Shown here piece by piece: positions 1 to 8,772 of a stretch of DNA of 64,000 nucleotides; position 1 is the first letter of the stretch, and each line of letters begins with the position of its first letter. Below the pieces are notes generated by a model, which was given only the letters and a program-made list of their open reading frames with translations, did no database searches and was not told the DNA's origin. Origin of the DNA: an uncultured Melioribacteraceae bacterium (lineage in GTDB: Bacteria > Bacteroidota > Ignavibacteria > Ignavibacteriales > Melioribacteraceae). The DNA lies in NCBI GenBank assembly GCA_964617555.1, contig CAZTYP010000029.1, positions 372 to 64,371 on the forward strand, in the 5' to 3' direction. The translations under genes and the position numbers were made by a program.

Positions 1-1
1 A

Positions 2-295
2 ATAAAACAACTCCTTAAAGAAAATAAAAACTTCCCTCCGGAATTTATTTTTAATTCATTTTACACTATTCTGTTTAGAAGAAAAAATGAGGGAGTAAAT
101 GAGGGAGTAAATTTACTATTAGCTACAATTAAAAAATATTCGGGGAAAAGGAGTTCTTTTTTTAGTGAAAAATTAAATACATCGGTAAAAAATATTGAAC
201 GATGGCTAAAAAAATTACAAGATGAAGAAAAAATTGTATTTATAGGTGCACCCAAAACCGGAGGTTATTTTTTGAAAAAAGGAAAGAAGCAATGA
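2..295 (+). CDS. 3' fragment of a gene that enters from the window edge. It looks like the C-terminal winged-helix tail of a putative ATP-binding/DNA-binding regulator (AlbA_2/HATPase_c_4, RecG-like family).
   Basis: The frame starting at position 2 is open with no stop until the TGA at 293-295, which overlaps the next ATG as ATGA. The ORF track misses it because it has no Met. The tail reads ...FYTILFRRKNEGVNEGVNLLLATIKKYSGKRSSFFSEKLNTSVKNIERWLKKLQDEEKIVFIGAPKTGGYF. This resembles the short-repeat linker plus HTH C-terminus of that family. The family call is from memory only. Confidence 0.35.
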   Translation: MKQLLKENKNFPPEFIFNSFYTILFRRKNEGVNEGVNLLLATIKKYSGKRSSFFSEKLNTSVKNIERWLKKLQDEEKIVFIGAPKTGGYFLKKGKKQ

Positions 296-1482
296 ACATA
301 GGAATGATTCTGGATAAGGAATTTTATGGTGATATGCGTGTTGAAAATGAAGTGCAAGCGTTATCTTCGGCCGGATTTAATGTTTTTGTTTATTGTTTTA
401 CTTTTAACGGTGATTACAAAGAAGATAATTATTACGGAGCAACAATTGTTAATATTCCCGTAAACAGAAAATTTATACGTAAATTAAGAGCTTTAACAAA
501 TACAATACTAAATTTCTATCCGGATTACTTGGTAAAATTAATTAAAGATTATCTTACAAGAGATAAAATAGATGCTTTACATATTCACGATTTGTATTTG
601 TTTGAGGTAGGATTAAAGTTAAAAAATAAATTTCCGCATATAAAATTAGTGGGTGATTTACACGAAAATTATGTTGAAGGACTAAAGAGCTATAAATTTG
701 CAAATACATTTCCGGGTAATATTTTAATCTCTATAAACAAATGGGAAAAGAAAGAAAAAGAATGGTGCGGCAAATTTGATTATCTAATTACGGTAATTGA
801 CGAAGCTGTTGAACGATACAAAAGCATTGGAATACCGGAAAAGAAATTAACTGTAGTTGCCAATTATGTTAATCCGGAAAATTTTCTATCAGCAAAAGAT
901 GATGTAAAAATAATTGATGAAATGAAACAAAAATTTACGCTACTTTATATAGGCGGGTTTGATATTCATCGCGGACTTGAAAGTGTTGTAAAAGCCGTTC
1001 CAAGAATTTTGGAAACCGTTGAAGATTTTCATCTTGTACTTGTCGGCAGAGGTAAAAACGAAAACGATTTAAAAAATATTGCAAAAGAATTAAATATACT
1101 GCAACACATTACATTCGAAGGTTTTAAACCTGCAACTAAATTACCATCCTATATAAAAGGAAGTTCAGTTTGCATAATTCCGCATTTAAAAACCGTACAT
1201 ACGGATAATACAATTCCTCACAAATTATTTCACTATATGATTCTTGAAAAACCTGTAGTGGCAACCAATTGTAATCCTATCGAACGGATTGTAAAGGAAG
1301 CAGATTGCGGTTTAATTTACGAATCTGATAACGAAAACGAGCTTGCCGAAAAAGTAATAATGTTATATAAAAATAAAAATTTGCAAAAACAATTAGGAGC
1401 AAACGGGAAAAAAGCGGTAGAAAGAAAATATAATTGGAATGTAACAAGTGAAAATTTAATAAAAATGTATAAAACGATATGA
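292..1482 (+). CDS. Glycosyltransferase family 4 (GT-B, GT1/GT4-like)
   Basis: 396 aa. The C-terminal half shows the typical GT4 pattern: GGFDIHRGLESVV, a ...IPH... segment, and EKPVVATNCNPIERIVKEADCGLIY (EX7E-like region). It overlaps the next gene by 4 nt. Confidence 0.8.
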   Translation: MNIGMILDKEFYGDMRVENEVQALSSAGFNVFVYCFTFNGDYKEDNYYGATIVNIPVNRKFIRKLRALTNTILNFYPDYLVKLIKDYLTRDKIDALHIHDLYLFEVGLKLKNKFPHIKLVGDLHENYVEGLKSYKFANTFPGNILISINKWEKKEKEWCGKFDYLITVIDEAVERYKSIGIPEKKLTVVANYVNPENFLSAKDDVKIIDEMKQKFTLLYIGGFDIHRGLESVVKAVPRILETVEDFHLVLVGRGKNENDLKNIAKELNILQHITFEGFKPATKLPSYIKGSSVCIIPHLKTVHTDNTIPHKLFHYMILEKPVVATNCNPIERIVKEADCGLIYESDNENELAEKVIMLYKNKNLQKQLGANGKKAVERKYNWNVTSENLIKMYKTI

Positions 1483-2816
1483 ACCCTATAAATGTTAAAT
1501 ATGTAACAGATAACGACTTATGTAATTCTTGCGGTTTTTGTGAAGCTGTTTGTCCGGAACAAGCCGTTAAAATGCAGTTCAATAAAGTAAAAGGATTTCA
1601 CGAGCCGGTAGTTACCGAATCGATTTGCAAAGAATGCGGAAAATGTTTGGAAGTTTGCCAAGGATATGAAGTTGACTATCCGAAGTTAAATAAATTTATG
1701 GAAAGAGAAATTCCTCAAAAACATCAAATAGGTAATGTAAAAGAAAGCATGGTTCTTTATTCCAGCGATTTGGAAATACGCAAAAGGGCAGCTTCAGGCG
1801 GAGCAATTACTCAATTGCTAAGTTATCTTTTTGATAAAGGGGAAATTTGTGCTGCATATGTTACAAAACCCTCTAAAAAAAATGCTTTTGAACCCGAAGG
1901 ATTTATTGCAAAAAATAAATCGGAATTAGTTGTTTCGCAAATGTCAATATATAATACTGTTCCGTATGGTAAAGTTGTTAATGAAATTAAAAATTTAAAA
2001 GGTAAAATTGCAGTTGTAACTATTCCATGCCAAACACACGGTTTGATAAAATATTTAATGATGAATCCGGAATTGAAAGAAAAGATTTTTATTATAATCG
2101 GTACGTTTTGCGGCGGTTATCAAACATGGTTCGCTCATAAGTATTATTTCCCGGAAATAAATGTTAATTTTAACGAGGTACAGTCTATTGATTATCGTTA
2201 CGGAGAATTTCCCGGACAATTAAGAGTAGGTTTTAAGAATGGTTCAAGTAAAGAATTTAAAAGACGATTTCAAACTGCTAATGAAAAAGATAAATACAAC
2301 ACGGCATTTAATTCCAATTTTTATCTTCCCCGATGTTATGTTTGTGCGGATAAAGGAAATATTTTTGCCGATATATCGGCAGGCGACCCATGGTTACCTA
2401 AATTTGAAAATGAAAAATTAGGAAAATCCTTAGTGGTTTCAAGAACTGAATTAGGTAATAAAATTATTAATGAAGCGGTTAATGCAGGCTATCTGATAAA
2501 AGAAACCGCTGATTTTATAGATGTAAATAATGTGCAAAAATTTGAAAAAGAAAGGCACGGAAATCAAACAGGGTATAAAAAAATATATAAGTTATTTAAT
2601 AAATCTTACCCTAAATATAAATTTTTAGGTGAAAATAAGATATACAGCAAAGCGATATACTTAAGGGTAATATTTGATATTTTTAAAATTTCACTTCAAC
2701 GAAAACCCGGATTTTGGTTTCTGATGAAACCATTATATGTAATTGATAAGCACTTTAGAAACATCTTTATTTTATCAAATCCTTACAAATATTTTAAAAG
2801 GAAGTTAAAAAAATGA
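1479..2816 (+). CDS. Coenzyme F420 hydrogenase/dehydrogenase beta-subunit-like (FrhB family) Fe-S flavoprotein with an N-terminal 2x[4Fe-4S] ferredoxin domain
   Basis: Two ferredoxin motifs, CNSCGFCEAVCP and CKECGKCLEVCQ. FrhB-like SGGAITQL and IPCQTHGL motifs follow. Both gene junctions overlap by 4 nt. Confidence 0.7.
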   Translation: MNPINVKYVTDNDLCNSCGFCEAVCPEQAVKMQFNKVKGFHEPVVTESICKECGKCLEVCQGYEVDYPKLNKFMEREIPQKHQIGNVKESMVLYSSDLEIRKRAASGGAITQLLSYLFDKGEICAAYVTKPSKKNAFEPEGFIAKNKSELVVSQMSIYNTVPYGKVVNEIKNLKGKIAVVTIPCQTHGLIKYLMMNPELKEKIFIIIGTFCGGYQTWFAHKYYFPEINVNFNEVQSIDYRYGEFPGQLRVGFKNGSSKEFKRRFQTANEKDKYNTAFNSNFYLPRCYVCADKGNIFADISAGDPWLPKFENEKLGKSLVVSRTELGNKIINEAVNAGYLIKETADFIDVNNVQKFEKERHGNQTGYKKIYKLFNKSYPKYKFLGENKIYSKAIYLRVIFDIFKISLQRKPGFWFLMKPLYVIDKHFRNIFILSNPYKYFKRKLKK

Positions 2817-4039
2817 ATAATCCTAAAATTATTATTTCCGAAGGGGATGTTGTAGGAAACAAAGGTGCGGTTGCCATGGTTTTTACCTTGATTAACGGAA
2901 TAAGAAAAAAATATCCGGAAGCGGAATTTATTATTACTTCAAAGTTTATAAAAAATCCGGATTACTTCAATAATCCTAAAATTAAATTGCTTTATGATAA
3001 CGAACAAGCATTCGATATACCGTTGTTAAAACTATGGATTTGGTGGCTTTTCAGTAAAGCGGGAATTAAATTTAATTTTTTGTTAAAAGACAAAGTCCTT
3101 TCTCTATATAAAGATGCCGATTTAATAATTAGTGCGTCGGGTATTAGTTTTCACGAAAGTTTCGGATGGATAAAGATATATCATTTTTCCAAATATATTC
3201 AAATTCCTTTATTTCTCAGTAAAAAAATTGTCAAATTTACTCAATCAATAGGCCCGTTTGAAAGTTGGTACAATAAATTAATGGCAAAATTAATTTTGCC
3301 TGAAATAGATTATATATTTGGACGCGGAAAACACTCGGAAAGGAATTTAAAAAAATTAGGAATAACCGAGAATGTAAAGATTTTTCCGGATATCGCAATA
3401 ACTATGGAAATGCGGAAAAATTCCGACATTGATGATATTATAAATAAGTTTTCAGGGCAAAAAATTATTGGAATTTCTCCGAACATTGTTTGCAAGCAGT
3501 TAGACAAAAAAGAAAATTATATTCCCGCTTTGAAAAAATTAACAGAATATATTATTGAAAAATATAATGATGTTATTTTGCTTTTTATTCCTCATACAAT
3601 AGAAAAGGGACATTTAAATAAGGAAGACGATTATTCAATATGCAAGTACTTACATGAAAATATTATGGAAAGCAATAGAAGTGAAATTATTAATACATTA
3701 GAATTTTCGCCGGAAGAAACGAAATATTTAATTTCCAAATGCGATTTTTTTATAGGTTCGCGTTTTCATTCTCTTATAGCAGCCATTTCAAGCAGTGTTC
3801 CGGGTATTGCCATAGGTTGGCATTGGAAATATGAAGAAATGATGGATTGGCTTGAAATTGAAAACAATGTAATTCAATATTGGAATTTAACTACAGAAAA
3901 ACTGATTGATATGTTCAATTTTAATTACAATAACAGAGAAAAAATAAAAAAACAAATGCTGTTAAAAATTCCGAAAATACAAGAAAAAGCAAAAGAAGCA
4001 ATAGAAATAACCATAGGAATGATTGATGAAAAAGATTAA
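2813..4039 (+). CDS. Polysaccharide pyruvyl transferase family protein (WcaK/CsaB-like)
   Basis: 408 aa. It has the characteristic C-terminal GSRFHSLIAAISSSVPGIAIGWHWKY block and sits in a glycan locus. The start overlaps the FrhB-like gene (ATGA). Confidence 0.75.
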   Translation: MNNPKIIISEGDVVGNKGAVAMVFTLINGIRKKYPEAEFIITSKFIKNPDYFNNPKIKLLYDNEQAFDIPLLKLWIWWLFSKAGIKFNFLLKDKVLSLYKDADLIISASGISFHESFGWIKIYHFSKYIQIPLFLSKKIVKFTQSIGPFESWYNKLMAKLILPEIDYIFGRGKHSERNLKKLGITENVKIFPDIAITMEMRKNSDIDDIINKFSGQKIIGISPNIVCKQLDKKENYIPALKKLTEYIIEKYNDVILLFIPHTIEKGHLNKEDDYSICKYLHENIMESNRSEIINTLEFSPEETKYLISKCDFFIGSRFHSLIAAISSSVPGIAIGWHWKYEEMMDWLEIENNVIQYWNLTTEKLIDMFNFNYNNREKIKKQMLLKIPKIQEKAKEAIEITIGMIDEKD

Positions 4040-4115
4040 AAAAATTTTCGGTCGTTTATTTTATTTGATAATGGCTTTGTTAAGTATTGTGTTTTTAACC
4101 TTAAAAAAGAAATAA
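4026..4115 (+). CDS. Possible 29-aa single-pass membrane micropeptide
   Basis: ATG at 4026 and TAA at 4113-4115. Translation is MKKIKKIFGRLFYLIMALLSIVFLTLKKK: a basic N-terminus, a 17-residue hydrophobic core and a KKK end. It fills the only sizeable gap in an otherwise overlapping operon. There is no homology evidence. Confidence 0.25.
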   Translation: MKKIKKIFGRLFYLIMALLSIVFLTLKKK

Positions 4116-4116
4116 A

Positions 4117-4884
4117 ATGTTATTACGAAAATTATATAACACATACATTTCCACTTTTGTTTTTCACTACTTCCATTTTATAATGAAACAAAAGTTGAAA
4201 AAACATCAAGAAATAATTAGCGGAAAAGTGCTTGATATTGGCTGCGGAAATAAACCGTATAAAAATATTTTTAAAAATATTAAAAAATATATCGGTACAA
4301 ATTCTGAAGCCTATTATAAAAATTCATTACAAAAAATTAATGAACATGATATTATTGTTGAAGACGGAACCGAATTGCCGGTTGCGGATAAAAGTTACGA
4401 TGCCGTATTAAATTTTCAAGTGCTGCCTGTTTTCGAAAACCCTAACGATTTTTACAAAGAAGTTTATCGTGTTCTTAAACCGGAAGGATATTTTTTGCTT
4501 ACGACAGATTTTTTATATCCCATTTGGAATGCTCCTTATAACTTTTGGAGAACGACGAAATTCGGATTACAAAAATTGGCCGAATGGAATCATTTTAAAA
4601 TCATTTATATTGAATCTTTCGGGGGGTATTGGGTTATGCAGGCAAGGTTGCTTGAAAGATATTTCAGAAGTTTATTACCTAAACTCTTAAAAAGTATTTC
4701 CGTTGAAAAAAACATTATACTAAAAGCACTAAAGTTTTTACGGGTTTTATTTTGGTTAATAATTGTTTTAATATCTCCAATATTACTAAACATTATTTTT
4801 TTAGTATTCCATTTTCTTGATAAAATATTTTATGATGATGAATTTACAACAAATTACTTTGTTTTAATGCAAAAGGAAAAATGA
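4117..4884 (+). CDS. Class I SAM-dependent methyltransferase with a C-terminal membrane segment
   Basis: SAM motif I VLDIGCGNKPY and post-I/III motifs DAVLNFQVL and LKPEGYFLLTT. A hydrophobic tail follows. The true start could be the internal Met (MKQKL...) at 4183. Confidence 0.75.
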   Translation: MLLRKLYNTYISTFVFHYFHFIMKQKLKKHQEIISGKVLDIGCGNKPYKNIFKNIKKYIGTNSEAYYKNSLQKINEHDIIVEDGTELPVADKSYDAVLNFQVLPVFENPNDFYKEVYRVLKPEGYFLLTTDFLYPIWNAPYNFWRTTKFGLQKLAEWNHFKIIYIESFGGYWVMQARLLERYFRSLLPKLLKSISVEKNIILKALKFLRVLFWLIIVLISPILLNIIFLVFHFLDKIFYDDEFTTNYFVLMQKEK

Positions 4885-5852
4885 ATTATTTGATTCCGAC
4901 AATAGATGTTGAAGCTTTACGAAGTCTTTCCCGTCTTGGAGATTTTGACAGATTGATTATGGGAAAAAGGTATGATGAATATTTCGGAGTTCCCAAAATA
5001 CTTGATATTATTGGAGAATATAACGGAAGCGGAACATTCTATGTTGATTTTGCCGAGGTGGGGCACGGTACGGATAAATTGAAGGAGCTTTCAGATTTAA
5101 TTATAAAAAAAGGAAGTGATATTCAACTTCATATTCACCCGCAATTTATAGCCGATAAAAATCGATATTTATTAAATCAATATTCTAAAAAAGAACAAGC
5201 CGAAATTATTGAGAAATGTATTGAAATTTATAAACAATGTACCGGAGGAAAACCAACCTCGTTCAGAGCCGGTGGATATGGTGCTGACGAAAGCACTATT
5301 GAACTTCTTCGGGAACATGGTTTTAATTCCGATAGCTCTTATTTTTATAATCATAAATGGTGTAATATTAAACCGAAACCTTTAAATAAAATTTCCAGAA
5401 TAAATAACATTTATGAAATTCCCGTAACAATATTTGAGAATAAAATTTCATATACATTTGCCGGACAAACCGTAAAGGAAAAAACACTTATTAAAAAATT
5501 GGATATTGACGGTTGTACAAAAGAGGAATTACAAAAAGGATTCGATGCCCTTAAAAGCTCCGGTGTTCGTGTAATTATTTTATTCCTTCACAGCTTTTCT
5601 CTTTTCAAAATCGATTACAATTATAAAAACATTTATCCGGATTTTACGGATGCGGAAAAATTGAAATTTATTTTGGATTACAGTCTAAAAAATAATTATC
5701 AAATTGCTTCCGTAAAAACAGTAACACCATTGCTGGATAATTATATAAATGATAATGAAATTATTCCTACAATTACAACGGAACGGAATTTTATTAAAAG
5801 TTCGGTAATTACCGTAAAGAAAAAAATAAAGAAAAAACTTAGAGGTAAATAG
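4881..5852 (+). CDS. Polysaccharide deacetylase-like protein (glycoside hydrolase/deacetylase beta/alpha-barrel superfamily)
   Basis: 323 aa. The IPTIDVEA, TFYVDFAE, LHIHPQF and SFRAGGYG pattern resembles divergent CE4-type deacetylases found in EPS loci. It overlaps the upstream gene by 4 nt. Confidence 0.5.
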   Translation: MNYLIPTIDVEALRSLSRLGDFDRLIMGKRYDEYFGVPKILDIIGEYNGSGTFYVDFAEVGHGTDKLKELSDLIIKKGSDIQLHIHPQFIADKNRYLLNQYSKKEQAEIIEKCIEIYKQCTGGKPTSFRAGGYGADESTIELLREHGFNSDSSYFYNHKWCNIKPKPLNKISRINNIYEIPVTIFENKISYTFAGQTVKEKTLIKKLDIDGCTKEELQKGFDALKSSGVRVIILFLHSFSLFKIDYNYKNIYPDFTDAEKLKFILDYSLKNNYQIASVKTVTPLLDNYINDNEIIPTITTERNFIKSSVITVKKKIKKKLRGK

Positions 5853-5854
5853 AC

Positions 5855-7354
5855 GTGCTTGACAAATTAAAAAATACCGTTAAGCATTCGGCTATTTACA
5901 GTCTTGGCAATTTATCGGCAAAACTGGTCGGCTTTTTTCTGTTGCCGGTTTATCTTCATTATTTAACCGTGGAAGAGTACGGTATTTTTGCAATTTTTGA
6001 AATTACCGCACAAATTGTTTTGGAAATAATGTTGATTAGTATCCCTACGGCAATGATGAGGTGGTATAGTTACGAAGAGAATGCGGATAAAAAAAAGACA
6101 ATAGTTTTTACTTCCTTTGTATTTGTTTTTGCTGTTGCATTGTTAACGGTTTTGGTAGCCGTACCTTATAGCGGTAGTTTATCAACACTCTTTTTTTCAA
6201 CAACAAAATACTCGATTCATTTTACCATCCTCTTTTTTTACATAGCTTTATTGATGATTAATAGAATGGTGTTGAATTTAATAAGGGTAAAAAAGAAATC
6301 CTCTTTTTATGTAATGCTTTCGTTAACCCAATTTACGGCAATTTTACTCTTTAATATCTATTTTGTTGCGGTACTTAAAATGGGGGTAAAAGGCATTTTG
6401 TTGGGCTTGCTTATAGGACAAATACTATTAATTGTATTAAGTGCCAAATTTGTTTTAAGTAATATCAAAGTGAAATTCAATTTTACGGTTCTTAAAGAAA
6501 TGCTCGGTTACGGATTTCCCCTCGTGTTTTCAACAATATCTTCAATGACGTTAAATTTGGGCGATAGATATTTAATTAAGTTTTTCTTGGGAGACGCGGC
6601 TGTAGGAGTATATTCAGCCGGATTTAAAATTGCAAGTATAATTAATGTTTTTATTAATACACCGTTCCAAATGGGCTTTTTACCAATAGCGTTTTCCCAA
6701 GTAAACAAACCGGATTCGAAAAGATTTTTTTCAAAAGTACTTACCTATAAAACTCTGTTATTGGTTTTTGTAGTAACTGTTTTAACTTTTTTTAGTGGAA
6801 ATATTCTTGAGGCAATAAGCAACAAGAAAGAATATTTAGAAGCAATACCTCTTATCCCCTTAATAGGATTTGTTTTTATTTTTAAGGGGATACAATATGT
6901 TCTTGTGCTTGGGTTCCATTATGTCAACAAAACAAAATTTAGTGCCTATATTGTTTTTAGCGGTGTAACAATAGATGTATTGTTAAACTTTCTTTTTATA
7001 CCTAAGATCGGAATTTTTTCTCCGCCTATTTCCATGATTATATCTTATATTGTTATGATTATGTTAACTTACCACTTTGCACAAAAGGAATTTTTTATTC
7101 CTTATGAAACAAGAAAAATTATGGCATTGCTTTTAATGGGTGCGGGATATTATATAATCAACATTGAAATAGAAAATTTTATTTTGTGGACAGAGGTTTT
7201 AATAAAAATAATTTTACTTGCGGTATTCCCTTTGCTTCTATTTTATTTTAATTTTTTTGAAAAAATTGAATTGCAAAGAATAAAAGGAAGTTGGCAAAAA
7301 TGGAAAAATCCGTTAGAGTGGAAAAAAAACTTCGGCAAAATTAAAATCAAATAG
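5855..7354 (+). CDS. wzx: Oligosaccharide flippase (Wzx, MOP/polysaccharide biosynthesis protein family)
   Basis: 499 aa with a GTG start. About 12-14 hydrophobic helices. The N-terminus SAIYSLGNLSAKLVGFFLLPVYLHYLTVEEYG is typical of Wzx-type proteins. Confidence 0.75.
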   Translation: MLDKLKNTVKHSAIYSLGNLSAKLVGFFLLPVYLHYLTVEEYGIFAIFEITAQIVLEIMLISIPTAMMRWYSYEENADKKKTIVFTSFVFVFAVALLTVLVAVPYSGSLSTLFFSTTKYSIHFTILFFYIALLMINRMVLNLIRVKKKSSFYVMLSLTQFTAILLFNIYFVAVLKMGVKGILLGLLIGQILLIVLSAKFVLSNIKVKFNFTVLKEMLGYGFPLVFSTISSMTLNLGDRYLIKFFLGDAAVGVYSAGFKIASIINVFINTPFQMGFLPIAFSQVNKPDSKRFFSKVLTYKTLLLVFVVTVLTFFSGNILEAISNKKEYLEAIPLIPLIGFVFIFKGIQYVLVLGFHYVNKTKFSAYIVFSGVTIDVLLNFLFIPKIGIFSPPISMIISYIVMIMLTYHFAQKEFFIPYETRKIMALLLMGAGYYIINIEIENFILWTEVLIKIILLAVFPLLLFYFNFFEKIELQRIKGSWQKWKNPLEWKKNFGKIKIK

Positions 7355-7363
7355 GGTAACTTT

Positions 7364-8281
7364 ATGTTAAACCGCAAAGCGTATTTGTTTTTTTTATTTC
7401 ATAAATCTTACGATAATGTGAAGATTTTTCATCTCGTTTTTTTGTCTTTTTTTATCCTTTTTCAATCTGTTTTTTCGCAACAAATTAAGTATGAACTGTT
7501 CCCGAAAGGGCAAAATTTTATGCCGTTAAAAGCCAATTATCAAGAAGCTCGGATGGGAATTCTCTATTATCCGGATAACGGATATTTAAAAGTAGATATC
7601 GGGAATTCTTCCGACTTATTTGCGTGCTTTTTTTCAAGAAACGATAAATTAACTATTGCAATTGATTTTATGGCTTATGCTCTTTCCACGAATTATTCCG
7701 GCAAGCGTTTGCAAATAGCGGTGCTCGACGGTTTTTTTGGCGGGCATTTAGCTTACAGAACAGTTTCCGAAAAAAGAAATTTGCTTTTCCGTTTTCGTAT
7801 AATTCACAACAGTGCTCATTTTGTTGACGGGCTTTGGAGCCCCGCTCTAAAAGATTGGATTGGGGAGGAGAAACCTATTCCGTTTACGCAAGATTTTGGT
7901 GAGTTAACGGTTGCCGACGAGTTGCTTTCTAATTGGGGCAATGCTAAATACTATGGCGGTATCGGGTATTCTACGCTTGTACGCCCGGCAGAACTTGAAA
8001 AGTGGTGGGGCTTTGTCGGTTTAGAGATTAATTCGGATAAAATTTTAGGAACGGTTTTACAAAAGCCGGTTAACATTTATTTTGCATCTCACAATTCTTA
8101 TGCCGGTAAACCCGATTACAATATTAGTACAAATAATATTTTGGGTGTAAAGTTCGGTGAATGGTACGGAAAAGGAGTAACCGTTTATCTTAATTACTAT
8201 TATGGAAATCATAAATTTAGCGAGTATTATTTTAAACGTGTAAGTCAGTTCGGAATCGGGTTTAGCGTGGATTTCTTTTAG
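7364..8281 (+). CDS. Hypothetical secreted protein, probably an outer-membrane beta-barrel
   Basis: Signal-like hydrophobic N-terminus (LVFLSFFILFQSVFSQQ), alternating amphipathic strands, and a C-terminus ending in aromatic residues (GIGFSVDFF). Confidence 0.4.
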   Translation: MLNRKAYLFFLFHKSYDNVKIFHLVFLSFFILFQSVFSQQIKYELFPKGQNFMPLKANYQEARMGILYYPDNGYLKVDIGNSSDLFACFFSRNDKLTIAIDFMAYALSTNYSGKRLQIAVLDGFFGGHLAYRTVSEKRNLLFRFRIIHNSAHFVDGLWSPALKDWIGEEKPIPFTQDFGELTVADELLSNWGNAKYYGGIGYSTLVRPAELEKWWGFVGLEINSDKILGTVLQKPVNIYFASHNSYAGKPDYNISTNNILGVKFGEWYGKGVTVYLNYYYGNHKFSEYYFKRVSQFGIGFSVDFF

Positions 8282-8298
8282 TGTTTGTCAAAATCTTT

Positions 8299-8772
8299 TT
8301 ACTTAATACTCCATAAAATCCACAAAACAATTATAAGATTTGGGATAAATTTTATTACATATTGATTTATTCCGTTTTGTTGCATCTTTCTCAAAAACCT
8401 ATCCCACCAAAGGAAATCCGGTCCAATATGATTTAATTTTTTGCCCATTGCCAAAGTTACAAACAAATCGTGTGCAAAAGAACGAATACCAACCGCAAGC
8501 AATATCATTTGAAATGCAAACAATAAATTTTCCGTTATTAAGTAGACTAAAATTGCAAATACAATTTTAACAAGGGCTTTTTCCAAAGCATCGAACAAGT
8601 GCCATTTTAATTCGTACTTAACAAAGTCGTTTTTAATTTCGGAAAATTTTTCTTTGCCGAGTTTCTCTTTCATTAACTTTGTTTCCAATGCAAAAGCTCC
8701 GTCATGGCTCCCTTCAAAATAGTAATAAAGAAGCCAAAATATTATTGATGCAATAAAAATGTATAATTCCAT
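8299..8772 (-). CDS. Hypothetical integral membrane protein (about 4 TM helices)
   Basis: 157-aa ORF with four hydrophobic segments. Its start shares a base with the stop of the upstream SGNH gene (8772). No family recognised. Confidence 0.45.
   Translation of the reverse strand: MELYIFIASIIFWLLYYYFEGSHDGAFALETKLMKEKLGKEKFSEIKNDFVKYELKWHLFDALEKALVKIVFAILVYLITENLLFAFQMILLAVGIRSFAHDLFVTLAMGKKLNHIGPDFLWWDRFLRKMQQNGINQYVIKFIPNLIIVLWILWSIK

Noticed and set aside
86-112. 12-nt tandem direct repeat AATGAGGGAGTA x2 (plus a partial third copy)
   Set aside because: It is not a CRISPR or regulatory repeat. It lies inside the open frame and encodes a duplicated NEGV tetrapeptide linker, a feature common in that regulator family.
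61-255. 64-aa minus-strand ORF at the window start
   Set aside because: It is antisense to a stop-free plus-strand frame (2-295). That frame reads as a plausible regulator C-terminus and ends in an ATGA overlap with the next gene. The minus-strand ORF's product is low-complexity and Phe/Ser-rich, typical of AT-rich antisense artefacts.
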